In this document: piece after piece, positions 15,589 through 23,436 of the stretch | Layout: each line of letters begins with the position of its first letter | Numbering within the stretch: position 1 is the stretch's first letter | From: Nanobdellota archaeon | Lineage (GTDB): Archaea; Nanobdellota; Nanobdellia; Pacearchaeales; GW2011-AR1 | Assembly (NCBI GenBank): GCA_018901675.1 | Contig: JAHIEH010000067.1 | Location: 1 to 33,408, forward strand | Reading direction: 5' to 3' | DNA length: 33,408 nucleotides | Program-made: the position numbers and the translations under genes | The notes under the pieces: generated by a model | Databases searched by the model: none | Seen by the model: the letters and a program-made list of their open reading frames with translations, nothing else | Told to the model about the DNA's origin: nothing

Positions 15589-15620
15589 CTTCAATATCCC
15601 TTCTCTTGCTCAGACTAATT
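15581..15620 (-). repeat. Junction element copy L2
   Basis: Minus strand reads AATTAGTCTGAGCAAGAGAAGGGATATTGAAGATGAATAA. It encodes ISLSKRRDIEDE plus the stop of the nuclease, and in the +1 frame the ATG of the next gene. Confidence 0.85.
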
Positions 15621-16768
15621 CTCCAATCTTTCTCTATCTTAACCTTATCTTTAATTTCATCCTCAATTTCTCCCCTGAGAACTTTGCTGTTAAGCTTTGG
15701 ATAGCAAACCATTGAGCATTCCTCATAGATACCTTTGTCTTTCATCAGCTTTATGAAAGCTTCTTTGTCTTTTCCCTCAGGCATAACAATTTTGTCAAAC
15801 TCCTTAACAGATGCTTTTGCATTGCTCCCATAAATAACATCAATTCCTTTTTGCTTGGCAAACCCAATTAACTTGGTTCTTAATTCATCTTGTGTTTCTT
15901 CTAGTTCAGAAAGCTTAGCTTTAACCTCTGCAAACTCATCAACAAATTTCACTCCTTGATCTTCTTTAAATTCTTCAACTGGTTTTTCTTCTATTTCTGC
16001 AAGATGCTTGAAACTCGGGCACTCTGATTTATAACCACACCAATCGCATAATTTTGTAGTGTTTGTAGGAAAATCATTCTCTTTAGTTGCTTCTTCTATT
16101 TCCTGGATAGTTTCCATAACCTCTTGCTGCAATTCCTTAAGCTGTTCGTTTGTTCTCTCGCTGGTTATCTCTTTATCAAAAGCAAGCATATGCCATTTTA
16201 AGATAACTTTTTTAGCATCCTTGAATTTATCTTTAACCCATATAGAATACATTGCTAATTGCCTGTCTGAATCAGCTTCTTCTTGCAGCTTTATTCTTGC
16301 ATTTGTCTTATAATCACAGACAAAATAAGTATCTCCTTTGCATCCTAACTTGTCTATCCTTACATGCCAGGAATTTCCATCAGGCAAAGTCAACCTGTCT
16401 TGAGTTTCTAATCCAAGAATTGTCATGTCATCATCTTTATGAGAATCATAATAATCGGAAATATATTTCTCCCCCATTTTCCTGTAATTATCAGCTTTAA
16501 GCCCTTCATCTTCTTTAGCAATTAAAATGTCATCAGAATACTCTTTTTCCCATAAATCCCTGTAAAATTTTATTAGAATTTTCTTTTCAACCCTTTTCTT
16601 AAATTTCTTATCCTTGTATAGCTTTTCCAGGGTTTGATGCACTAAATCACCCATAAAAGCTTCAATTGTAGTCTCTATTTCAGGTTTAATTTTATCTATA
16701 TAATGAAGCTTATACTGATACGGGCATGTTTCAAAAGTGTTTATTCTTGAATTTGAGTATGTTGCCAT
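15581..16768 (-). CDS. Cas4/AddB-like PD-(D/E)XK nuclease with 4-Cys Fe-S cluster motif and about 130-aa C-terminal extension
   Basis: The N-terminus SRINTFETCPYQYKLHYI supplies the first Cys. Nuclease motifs are HVRIDKL...YFVCDYKT and QLAMYSIW. The C-terminal Cys triad is CDWCGYKSECP. No cas1, cas2 or CRISPR array lies nearby. Confidence 0.75.
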   Translation of the reverse strand: MATYSNSRINTFETCPYQYKLHYIDKIKPEIETTIEAFMGDLVHQTLEKLYKDKKFKKRVEKKILIKFYRDLWEKEYSDDILIAKEDEGLKADNYRKMGEKYISDYYDSHKDDDMTILGLETQDRLTLPDGNSWHVRIDKLGCKGDTYFVCDYKTNARIKLQEEADSDRQLAMYSIWVKDKFKDAKKVILKWHMLAFDKEITSERTNEQLKELQQEVMETIQEIEEATKENDFPTNTTKLCDWCGYKSECPSFKHLAEIEEKPVEEFKEDQGVKFVDEFAEVKAKLSELEETQDELRTKLIGFAKQKGIDVIYGSNAKASVKEFDKIVMPEGKDKEAFIKLMKDKGIYEECSMVCYPKLNSKVLRGEIEDEIKDKVKIEKDWRISLSKRRDIEDE

Positions 16769-16933
16769 GATCTTACATAAATAGAATAAACCCCAACCTT
16801 AAAAATTTATACTTCTGCTAAAACATGTTTTATTCCTTTCGGTGAGTGGTGTGAGAGAGTTTAAGGATATTTGTTTCTGTTTGATATAAATTAAAAGAAT
16901 AATGTTTTTATATGGACTTTATTAAAAATTAAC

Positions 16934-17440
16934 ATGGTTAAACAACTAGTCCATGCTTTTACTTTTGTTCAAGCAATACCTTACAAATGTAGAGCAGAAC
17001 TCATAGACGGAAATGGGGTGAGTACCAATATTCCCTATGCTAATTGCAGACAGAAAAGAGACTTATTAAAAAGATCCTTTGAGTCTTTAGGGTATAAGAC
17101 TAAGGAGCTTGACGCTATTTTTGATTGGACTGACTTACCTCTCCCTGGATATATCTTAAAAATATTAAAAAAATCTGGGACAAAACAAAAACATCATTTA
17201 TTAGAAGTTAAAGTAAATGACAAATGTATAAAAATAGACCCGACATGGAATTTAGAGCTGAGAGATAAAGGATTTCCTATAACTGTAAGCTGGAATGGTG
17301 AAACAGACACAAAACAAGTTTCATTTGGCAGAATAATTTATTATGATCCTAAAATTCAAAGAGTAACCTTGCTATATTTTCCAGAAGAAAGAGAGAATTT
17401 TACTAGAGAATTTAACAAATGGATTGGTTGGAAATATTAA
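16934..17440 (+). CDS. Transglutaminase-like (papain-fold Cys-His-Asp) protein
   Basis: 168 aa. Candidate triad: ANC38RQK, HHLLEVKV, and KIDPTWN (the H-x-W/L-x-E...DPT pattern of transglutaminase-core domains). Confidence 0.5.
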   Translation: MVKQLVHAFTFVQAIPYKCRAELIDGNGVSTNIPYANCRQKRDLLKRSFESLGYKTKELDAIFDWTDLPLPGYILKILKKSGTKQKHHLLEVKVNDKCIKIDPTWNLELRDKGFPITVSWNGETDTKQVSFGRIIYYDPKIQRVTLLYFPEERENFTREFNKWIGWKY

Positions 17441-17514
17441 TTATCTCTTGTTTGTTACCACTTAATAATTATTAAAAGAAAAGATTTAAAAGGTTATAGA
17501 CGTATTACTTTCAC

Positions 17515-18699
17515 ATGGGAGATATATGTAATTTTATGCAAGTAAATGCCGAAAATACTGAAAAATCTTATGCTTATTCTAATGATTTTCAGATTTCTAC
17601 ACAAATGAAAAGCTGGATGGCTATAAATCCGAGTTATGGATGTCCATGGGATTGTGTTTATTGCATACAACATAAAGATAAATTTTTTGATATGTCACAA
17701 TATAGGAAGGTGCATAAGGTAAAAATAGAAGGAGAACTATGCACTCCAGAAGATATAGTAACCGAGATAATGATCAATCCCAGAATTACTTCCAGAACCC
17801 CCATAGTTCTTTATAATTTTACAGACCCTTTTTTGCCTCAAAATACTCGTGACCTTGAAAATACCTTAAGTCTTCTAGATAAAAGAAAATTTACAAATAT
17901 TATCGGCTTAATTACAAGAACCTTTGCAGACACGGATACTTTGGATGTTATAGCAGATTTGAAGTATCTAAGACCTATTGTTATGGTCTCCTATGCAGGA
18001 TATGATAATGTGGAAATTGAGAGGGGCCCACTAAATAAAAGGATAGAACTTGTTAAAGAGCTAAAAGATAGAAAAATTAAAACCCTTCAGTATCTTAGGC
18101 CGATAGCTAAAGAATGGTTGGAAGAAGATCAGTTCAAAAAAGCTAGAGATGCAATAGGCCATTTAGTTGATGGAGTAGTAATGTCCGGAATAAGATTGAC
18201 TCCAGAGATAATTGCTAAGATAAATGCTAGAAGACTGCCTGTTCCAGAAGTAACTAATTTTACAAATAAATTTTTCCCAAAGGATTTACAAGAAAAGATT
18301 ATGGAGATCTATCAAGGATTTGCTCCAGTGTATCGATATACTAGTTGTGCGGTTTCATCTACTTTTGGAGTTCCAGATTATAATGCTCACCTGGGATTTT
18401 TTAAAGAAACGCAAAATAAAGAGTTTGTGGTATGCCCTCTACCATGCAATGGAGATCAAACCAAGATATGTAATAACATTTCTTTTGATGAATCGAGATT
18501 TAAATCTTTACTTAAAAGAATAGGGCATCCAGACTTAAAGTTCGCAAGAACAACTTCCGGTGCAATAATGTTAGATAAAGAATTATCCAAATATGACTTA
18601 AGTTTTCTTAGGCATAATACCTCTTGTCATATAGATTACATTGGTAATAAACATCATATTGATCAGGTTATAAACATGGAGGTTCAATCCCAAAAATGA
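17515..18699 (+). CDS. Radical SAM enzyme, spore-photoproduct-lyase/COG1533-like context
   Basis: CxxxCxxC at 17641-17664 (CPWDCVYC), within INPSYGCPWDCVYCIQ. This resembles the NPYxGCxHxCxYCYA signature of SplB-like DNA-acting radical SAM proteins. 394 aa. Confidence 0.75.
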   Translation: MGDICNFMQVNAENTEKSYAYSNDFQISTQMKSWMAINPSYGCPWDCVYCIQHKDKFFDMSQYRKVHKVKIEGELCTPEDIVTEIMINPRITSRTPIVLYNFTDPFLPQNTRDLENTLSLLDKRKFTNIIGLITRTFADTDTLDVIADLKYLRPIVMVSYAGYDNVEIERGPLNKRIELVKELKDRKIKTLQYLRPIAKEWLEEDQFKKARDAIGHLVDGVVMSGIRLTPEIIAKINARRLPVPEVTNFTNKFFPKDLQEKIMEIYQGFAPVYRYTSCAVSSTFGVPDYNAHLGFFKETQNKEFVVCPLPCNGDQTKICNNISFDESRFKSLLKRIGHPDLKFARTTSGAIMLDKELSKYDLSFLRHNTSCHIDYIGNKHHIDQVINMEVQSQK

Positions 18700-19952
18700 T
18701 ATTTGCAAGCCTGGATTTAAATAAAAAACATTTAGACAAATTTTTATTTTCTTTGGAGGGCATAAAAAGCTGTAGATTTGATGGGGTGGAAATATGTCTA
18801 TGGGAAGACATGAATAGATTTTCTGCCCAAATAGAAGAAGCGCTTTCAGGTGAAGGTTTGAAATCTAATATCCATGGAGATTTAATGAGAATAGAAGAGG
18901 GTATGGAGAATTGCGAACAAAAATTGCAATATAGTTTACAATTCAAGAAAAGCATTAATGCTCTTAACTTAATCAGCCATCCAATAAAACCCTATACTCT
19001 TAATCTAAATGCTTCCAAAAAATTGATGGGAAAATTTAGAGAAGAGATACTTCTTGAAAATGTTAGGGGGGTTAGAAAGGCAGAAATTGACTTTTTGGAT
19101 ATGCCTATTGTGTTAGATATTGGAAATCTTGCCCTTAATGGAGAGGAAGAGCAGATATCTTCGTATATTAAACGAGTACATTGGACCCATATTCACGATT
19201 ATAAAAATAAAATAGATCACCTTCCTTTGGGGGAAGGGGATTTAAATCTAAATGAGGCATTAAAATACCTTAGTAAAATCGGATTTACAATAGAGTTGGG
19301 TTCAGTATTTCGAGAATGGTCCCAACTAAAAGAAGGATATAAACATTCAATAGATTACCTCAATAATGCATTAATTTCTAATGAAAGCTATGGTAAAAAT
19401 GTGAGATTAATGCATTTACTTAATCATATAGGTAAAGAAAAATTTGGCAATGTAATTGATATTGGTTGTGGTGAGGGGTATTTATTGCATAATATTGATG
19501 CAAAAGTCAAAAAAGGTTACGACCTTTCTCCAAAACAAATTTTTAATGATGTTCTTTATATACAACAGGATATCTGTTCGCCTTTAGCAGAAAGTGCTGA
19601 TTTAGCAATATGTAGTGAAGTAGTAGAGCATTTATCCAATGATCTATCGTTATTTAGAAATATGTATAATAGTCTTATACCCTCTGGAAAAATATTTTTA
19701 ACTACTTTAAATCGTAACACTTCGCAGGATAAATCTGAGGTGGATGAAGAAAGAGGTCATTTGAGGAGGTATGGTAGTGAATTAGAAGGAATTCTTCAAA
19801 CATGTGGATTTAAAGCAATTTCTTTCTACCCCTTTAGAAGCGAGCATTATTATAACACTAATCGTAATTTTGGATTATATAACTTAGATGAGGATGTTTT
19901 GCAAGGAAGCAAAAATGCTTCTGGATGGGTTTATTTTGGAGTTAAAGAATAA
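18696..19952 (+). CDS. Fusion protein: xylose-isomerase-like / AP-endonuclease-2 TIM barrel + class I SAM-dependent methyltransferase
   Basis: Its start overlaps the radical SAM stop as ATGA. N-terminal half: FDGVEICLW, ISHP, LLENV, LDIGN, WTHIHDY...HLPLGEGDLNL, FTIELG (TIM-barrel metal-site pattern). C-terminal half: motif I VIDIGCGEGYLL and motif DLAICSEVVEHL. Confidence 0.65.
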   Translation: MIFASLDLNKKHLDKFLFSLEGIKSCRFDGVEICLWEDMNRFSAQIEEALSGEGLKSNIHGDLMRIEEGMENCEQKLQYSLQFKKSINALNLISHPIKPYTLNLNASKKLMGKFREEILLENVRGVRKAEIDFLDMPIVLDIGNLALNGEEEQISSYIKRVHWTHIHDYKNKIDHLPLGEGDLNLNEALKYLSKIGFTIELGSVFREWSQLKEGYKHSIDYLNNALISNESYGKNVRLMHLLNHIGKEKFGNVIDIGCGEGYLLHNIDAKVKKGYDLSPKQIFNDVLYIQQDICSPLAESADLAICSEVVEHLSNDLSLFRNMYNSLIPSGKIFLTTLNRNTSQDKSEVDEERGHLRRYGSELEGILQTCGFKAISFYPFRSEHYYNTNRNFGLYNLDEDVLQGSKNASGWVYFGVKE

Positions 19953-19954
19953 AA

Positions 19955-20458
19955 ATGAAAGATTTAATTTTTATTGGTGGAGCAAAAGGAGTAGGTAAAT
20001 CAACCGTATTAGAATATCTAAAAAAACATGTTCAAATAGAAGTGGTAAATACAGGGGACCTTTTTACAAAATCGAAACAGAATGGATTAAACCCTGAAGA
20101 GGCAATAAAAGCATATCTAATTGATGTCCACAATGGTATGGTAGATACACATTATGCAGGAGGATATTCTGTAGGAAAATTCTCTAGAGGTTTATCTAGA
20201 GAAAATCTTTTAAGGATTGCAAGTGTAAAATCTATAGATTTAATTTTATTTGATTTAGATAAAAAAACTCTTTTTAAGAGAAGGTGTGGGAACAAAGAAG
20301 AAAAGTACCAAGATGTAAACTTAATCGATCTAGAACTTAAAAAAAGTAGGGAATATTTTAGGCAATATTGCGAAGATTTATTAATATCAGGACTTGTAAT
20401 TGATAATATTGATTTAGACAGAACAATGGAACTTGTTCTGGGGAGAATATATGAGTGA
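19955..20458 (+). CDS. Small P-loop kinase-like protein (adenylate/nucleoside-kinase-like fold)
   Basis: 167 aa. The Walker A motif GGAKGVGKST sits at the extreme N-terminus, with size and layout like small nucleotide or metabolite kinases. It starts 2 nt after the upstream stop. Confidence 0.55.
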   Translation: MKDLIFIGGAKGVGKSTVLEYLKKHVQIEVVNTGDLFTKSKQNGLNPEEAIKAYLIDVHNGMVDTHYAGGYSVGKFSRGLSRENLLRIASVKSIDLILFDLDKKTLFKRRCGNKEEKYQDVNLIDLELKKSREYFRQYCEDLLISGLVIDNIDLDRTMELVLGRIYE

Positions 20459-20900
20459 AGAAAAAATTAGAAAGCAGTTTATAATTGTTAAAAGCTTAGT
20501 TATAAATGATAAGGGGGAAGTGCTTTTTGTTAGAAGGAAAAAAGAAGACTTGAAGCAAGCCCATAATAAATGGGAGTTTCCGGGAGGCAAGATAGATTTT
20601 GGAGAGTCTCCAGAACAAACTGCGATACGTGAGGCAAAGGAAGAGTCTAATTATGACGTTAAAATAGATTATCTCCTCACAAAAATTTTATCTTCAAAAT
20701 GGGAATCTCCTGAAAGAGAAGCTCAACAAATTTTAATTTGTTATGTTTGCACCCTTGTTGGTGGTGAAAGCGCTTTAGGGGATCATGGGGTTAGTGAGAT
20801 AAAATGGTTTAAGGTAAATAATGCCCCGAAAGATCAAGATTGTTTGCCTGGAACAATAGACTTTCTAAACCTTTATAAGAAAACTGTAGAGCAAAAATAG
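20451..20900 (+). CDS. Nudix hydrolase
   Basis: Nudix box GGKIDFGESPEQTAIREAKEESNY. The ATG at 20451, preceded by GGGGAG, overlaps the kinase gene by 8 nt. Confidence 0.8.
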   Translation: MSEEKIRKQFIIVKSLVINDKGEVLFVRRKKEDLKQAHNKWEFPGGKIDFGESPEQTAIREAKEESNYDVKIDYLLTKILSSKWESPEREAQQILICYVCTLVGGESALGDHGVSEIKWFKVNNAPKDQDCLPGTIDFLNLYKKTVEQK

Positions 20901-20916
20901 AATTTTATAATATTAA

Positions 20917-22152
20917 ATGATACTAGATAATTTACTTTCCTACAAACCAGAAGAAGCATTGATTTTTTTAGAGAGAAAAATGAATAATGAGAATTTTGGA
21001 TCAAATGTTCAGGAGACTTACAGGCCTGATGGACCATGTGGGGGATTTGATATTCCTTTTGTACTGCTGAAAAAAGAGGGGGTAATCCATTTCCAAAATG
21101 CTCCTGACACTAAACTCCTTACTCTATTAGAGACTGAAGATGAAATAAAATTTTTCTTGCATCCTGAAATGATTTTAGATTATAAAAGTAAAAATATGGC
21201 TCATTTGGAGAATATTGCTGGTTCGGTGCGCGTCTTTCCCACTTCGTCTACAAGAACAGTTATTGCACTTGGGGGAGGTTATCCATATATGATTAAGACA
21301 GATCTTGTGAGGAGGATTGGCGATGGTGTTAAAAGATTAAAAAGATCCCATTTAGATCATATAAAAGAAATTGGGAAGGATCTTGAAGAGGTATCTATAA
21401 ATAATTTTGGATATCTTCCAGAGTCGTTAGGACTACTTTTTTCTTCTTGCAATGAAGAGGTAGGAATGGTGATAAGGGAATTTTATGCAAGACCAAGAAT
21501 TTATGAAGGAACATATCTTATACCCTTTTTCTCTCTTTTTTCTAAAGACCCTGCTTCTAAAGATGATCCTATCCTACTAAAGCAACTATTAAACAAACAA
21601 AATGATGAACATAACGAGATAGACTCGTGTCTAGAGAGAATTATTATCCCTTATGTTGAATGCTGGATGCAATTGATTTCTCAAAGGGGTTTATGTGCTG
21701 AAATGCATGCTCAAAATACCCTTCTTGAAGTAGATAAATATGGGATGCCCCTTAGGGTAATTTATCGAGATTTGCAAGATACATTCGTAGATTTAGATAT
21801 AAGGGATCAAAGGGGCTTAAAAAAAGATTTTAATAAAGGGATTATTGGTGAAAATGAAAGGCTATACCTCGTTAAAAAGACTCCAATTAAGGATAGAGAG
21901 AGGTGCAAGCAAATTTCTTATAGTCTGACATATGATTATCGGATGGCCAGAGCACTTGATTATTTTGTAGAGGCATTTAAAACAGAATACTCTGATGCAG
22001 AAGATCGAATTGTATCTGGAATAAAAAATATCTGGAATAAAAATTTTAGAGGAATGGATATTTTACCTACAAAAGCTTATCTTTTAGAAAAAAAACAGCC
22101 TAACATTGGAAAAGAACTACATTTTATTGAAGCTGATCCAAAATACCGGTAA
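20917..22152 (+). CDS. Short IucA/IucC-like (NIS-synthetase-type) ATP-dependent ligase
   Basis: 411 aa. It has FFLHPEMI (compare the HPWQ motif), FPTSSTRTV (the SxRT motif), YMIKTDL, and CAEMHAQNTLLEV followed by VIYRDLQD (the H-x-Q-N motif of the family). It is shorter than canonical members of about 600 aa. Confidence 0.5.
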   Translation: MILDNLLSYKPEEALIFLERKMNNENFGSNVQETYRPDGPCGGFDIPFVLLKKEGVIHFQNAPDTKLLTLLETEDEIKFFLHPEMILDYKSKNMAHLENIAGSVRVFPTSSTRTVIALGGGYPYMIKTDLVRRIGDGVKRLKRSHLDHIKEIGKDLEEVSINNFGYLPESLGLLFSSCNEEVGMVIREFYARPRIYEGTYLIPFFSLFSKDPASKDDPILLKQLLNKQNDEHNEIDSCLERIIIPYVECWMQLISQRGLCAEMHAQNTLLEVDKYGMPLRVIYRDLQDTFVDLDIRDQRGLKKDFNKGIIGENERLYLVKKTPIKDRERCKQISYSLTYDYRMARALDYFVEAFKTEYSDAEDRIVSGIKNIWNKNFRGMDILPTKAYLLEKKQPNIGKELHFIEADPKYR

Positions 22153-22175
22153 TTTATAGGTTTTTCTGTATCAAG

Positions 22176-23066
22176 TTAGCTATTCTTCATCTTCAAATAT
22201 TGAATTTTCCAAATTCTATATTCTTCTGATGAATTTAGGATATATCTTCTATTGGATTCGAAACATTTTTCCTTTATTAACTGGCTTATTATTTTCTCAT
22301 TAGATATTATCTTTGAAGCAAATCCTGCTTCTGCTAAGAATTTTTTGGCTTCGTCAATTGACTCAAAATAATTAAATTCTCTTCCAGTTACTTTAGCTAT
22401 TTTGTCCCTTATATTCTCTTTGCCTTTAGCTTCCTTATTCTTTTTCTTTATTCTTGAAAAATCTGGCGTTAACCACATGCCGTCTTTAGCATAGGTTTCA
22501 AAGAGGTATTTTATATTATCTCTGAATAGACTTTTCTCCTGTTTGTTAAAATACATAAGTAATCCTTCGTGAATTAGGACTAATTGCTTGCCTTTCCCTA
22601 CTTGTAGATAAAATTTCCCTATCTTGTTCATATCCTCTTTAACTAGGGGGTTAATCTTCATAAAAAACAAATTTTTGCAGTTGAGATTTTTATTTCTGAT
22701 TATATCTTTTAAGATACCCTTTTTCAACTTTATTAAATTGTTTAATTCTGTTTCAATATAAATAACATCTTTTTTACCTAAAAACTCTAAGCTTCGTGGA
22801 GATAAACCAGAAGCAATTTCTGCAATAAAAACATTATCTATCCTGGATAGCATATCATTTAATGAGATGTACCTTCCTTCTATAAAACCAATAAAATTAG
22901 AGTTATCTTTTAGGCTGTCCCCATAATCTGGCAAATCAGTTATATTATCAGAATATTTTGTGTCTATTAGCTGAACAATTTCTCTTGCAAAGGGAAGGTT
23001 TTGCTTAGCCCTCATTCTTGCGCAAAATACCGCTGTTGGGCTGATTTTAGAGAATTTCTTAATCAT
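22176..23066 (-). CDS. Class I SAM-dependent methyltransferase of the LCM/TcmP-like O-methyltransferase type
   Basis: N-terminal ISPTAVFCARMRA, then AEIASGLSPRS, IYIETELNNLIKLKK and LIHEGLLMYF, matching the order of conserved blocks in this family. Convergent with the cluster. The 3' end carries the TTGAAGATGAAG junction-like core (22181-22200). Confidence 0.55.
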   Translation of the reverse strand: MIKKFSKISPTAVFCARMRAKQNLPFAREIVQLIDTKYSDNITDLPDYGDSLKDNSNFIGFIEGRYISLNDMLSRIDNVFIAEIASGLSPRSLEFLGKKDVIYIETELNNLIKLKKGILKDIIRNKNLNCKNLFFMKINPLVKEDMNKIGKFYLQVGKGKQLVLIHEGLLMYFNKQEKSLFRDNIKYLFETYAKDGMWLTPDFSRIKKKNKEAKGKENIRDKIAKVTGREFNYFESIDEAKKFLAEAGFASKIISNEKIISQLIKEKCFESNRRYILNSSEEYRIWKIQYLKMKNS

Positions 23067-23161
23067 AAAAATATAAAATTATCTATACTTTTATTCTTTT
23101 CCCTTCTTATCAATACAAAAGTATCAAAACATTTAAAAATAGGAAAATTTTACTTTCTTAC

Positions 23162-23368
23162 ATGGAAATAACAAAGATAAGTTCAAAAGGCCAAATTGTG
23201 ATCCCCCTTAAAATAAGAAATCAGCTTGGAATAAATGAAGGATCTGTTTTAGCAATAGATACTGCAAATGAGATGGTAATATTAAAAAAGATAGATATTG
23301 ACTTATTAAAACAATTTAACAACAGCCTATTAGACTTAAAAAAAAGCAAGATAAAAAGAGTAGCATAA
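23162..23368 (+). CDS. AbrB/SpoVT/MazE-type antitoxin-like protein
   Basis: The N-terminus MEITKISSKGQIVIPLKIRNQLGINEGSVLAID...MVILKK is the classic swapped-hairpin signature. Confidence 0.8.
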   Translation: MEITKISSKGQIVIPLKIRNQLGINEGSVLAIDTANEMVILKKIDIDLLKQFNNSLLDLKKSKIKRVA

Positions 23369-23374
23369 TCTATT

Positions 23375-23436
23375 AATAATTGATTAATACTTTCTTAATA
23401 GGTTTAATAATTGATTAATACTTTCTTAATAGGTTT
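23375..23436. repeat. Perfect 31-bp tandem duplication (2 units)
   Basis: AATAATTGATTAATACTTTCTTAATAGGTTT occurs at 23375-23405 and again at 23406-23436. Unit 2 contains the last 7 codons and stop of the RelE-like gene. Confidence 0.95.

Noticed and set aside
17515-18699. Radical SAM gene as a prokaryotic viperin (pVip)
   Set aside because: The sequence context around the cluster (NPSYGCPWDCVYC, near residue 43 of a 394-aa protein) resembles SplB/COG1533-type enzymes rather than the viperin CNYxCxFC context and its roughly 300-aa size. I kept only the general kinase plus radical SAM analogy.
21134-21150. Plus-strand GAAGATGAAATAA inside the IucA/IucC-like gene as another junction-element copy
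   Set aside because: It is in the opposite orientation to all other copies, lies inside a gene (coding ETEDEIKF), lacks the flanking TTGAGCAA block and sits at no gene boundary.
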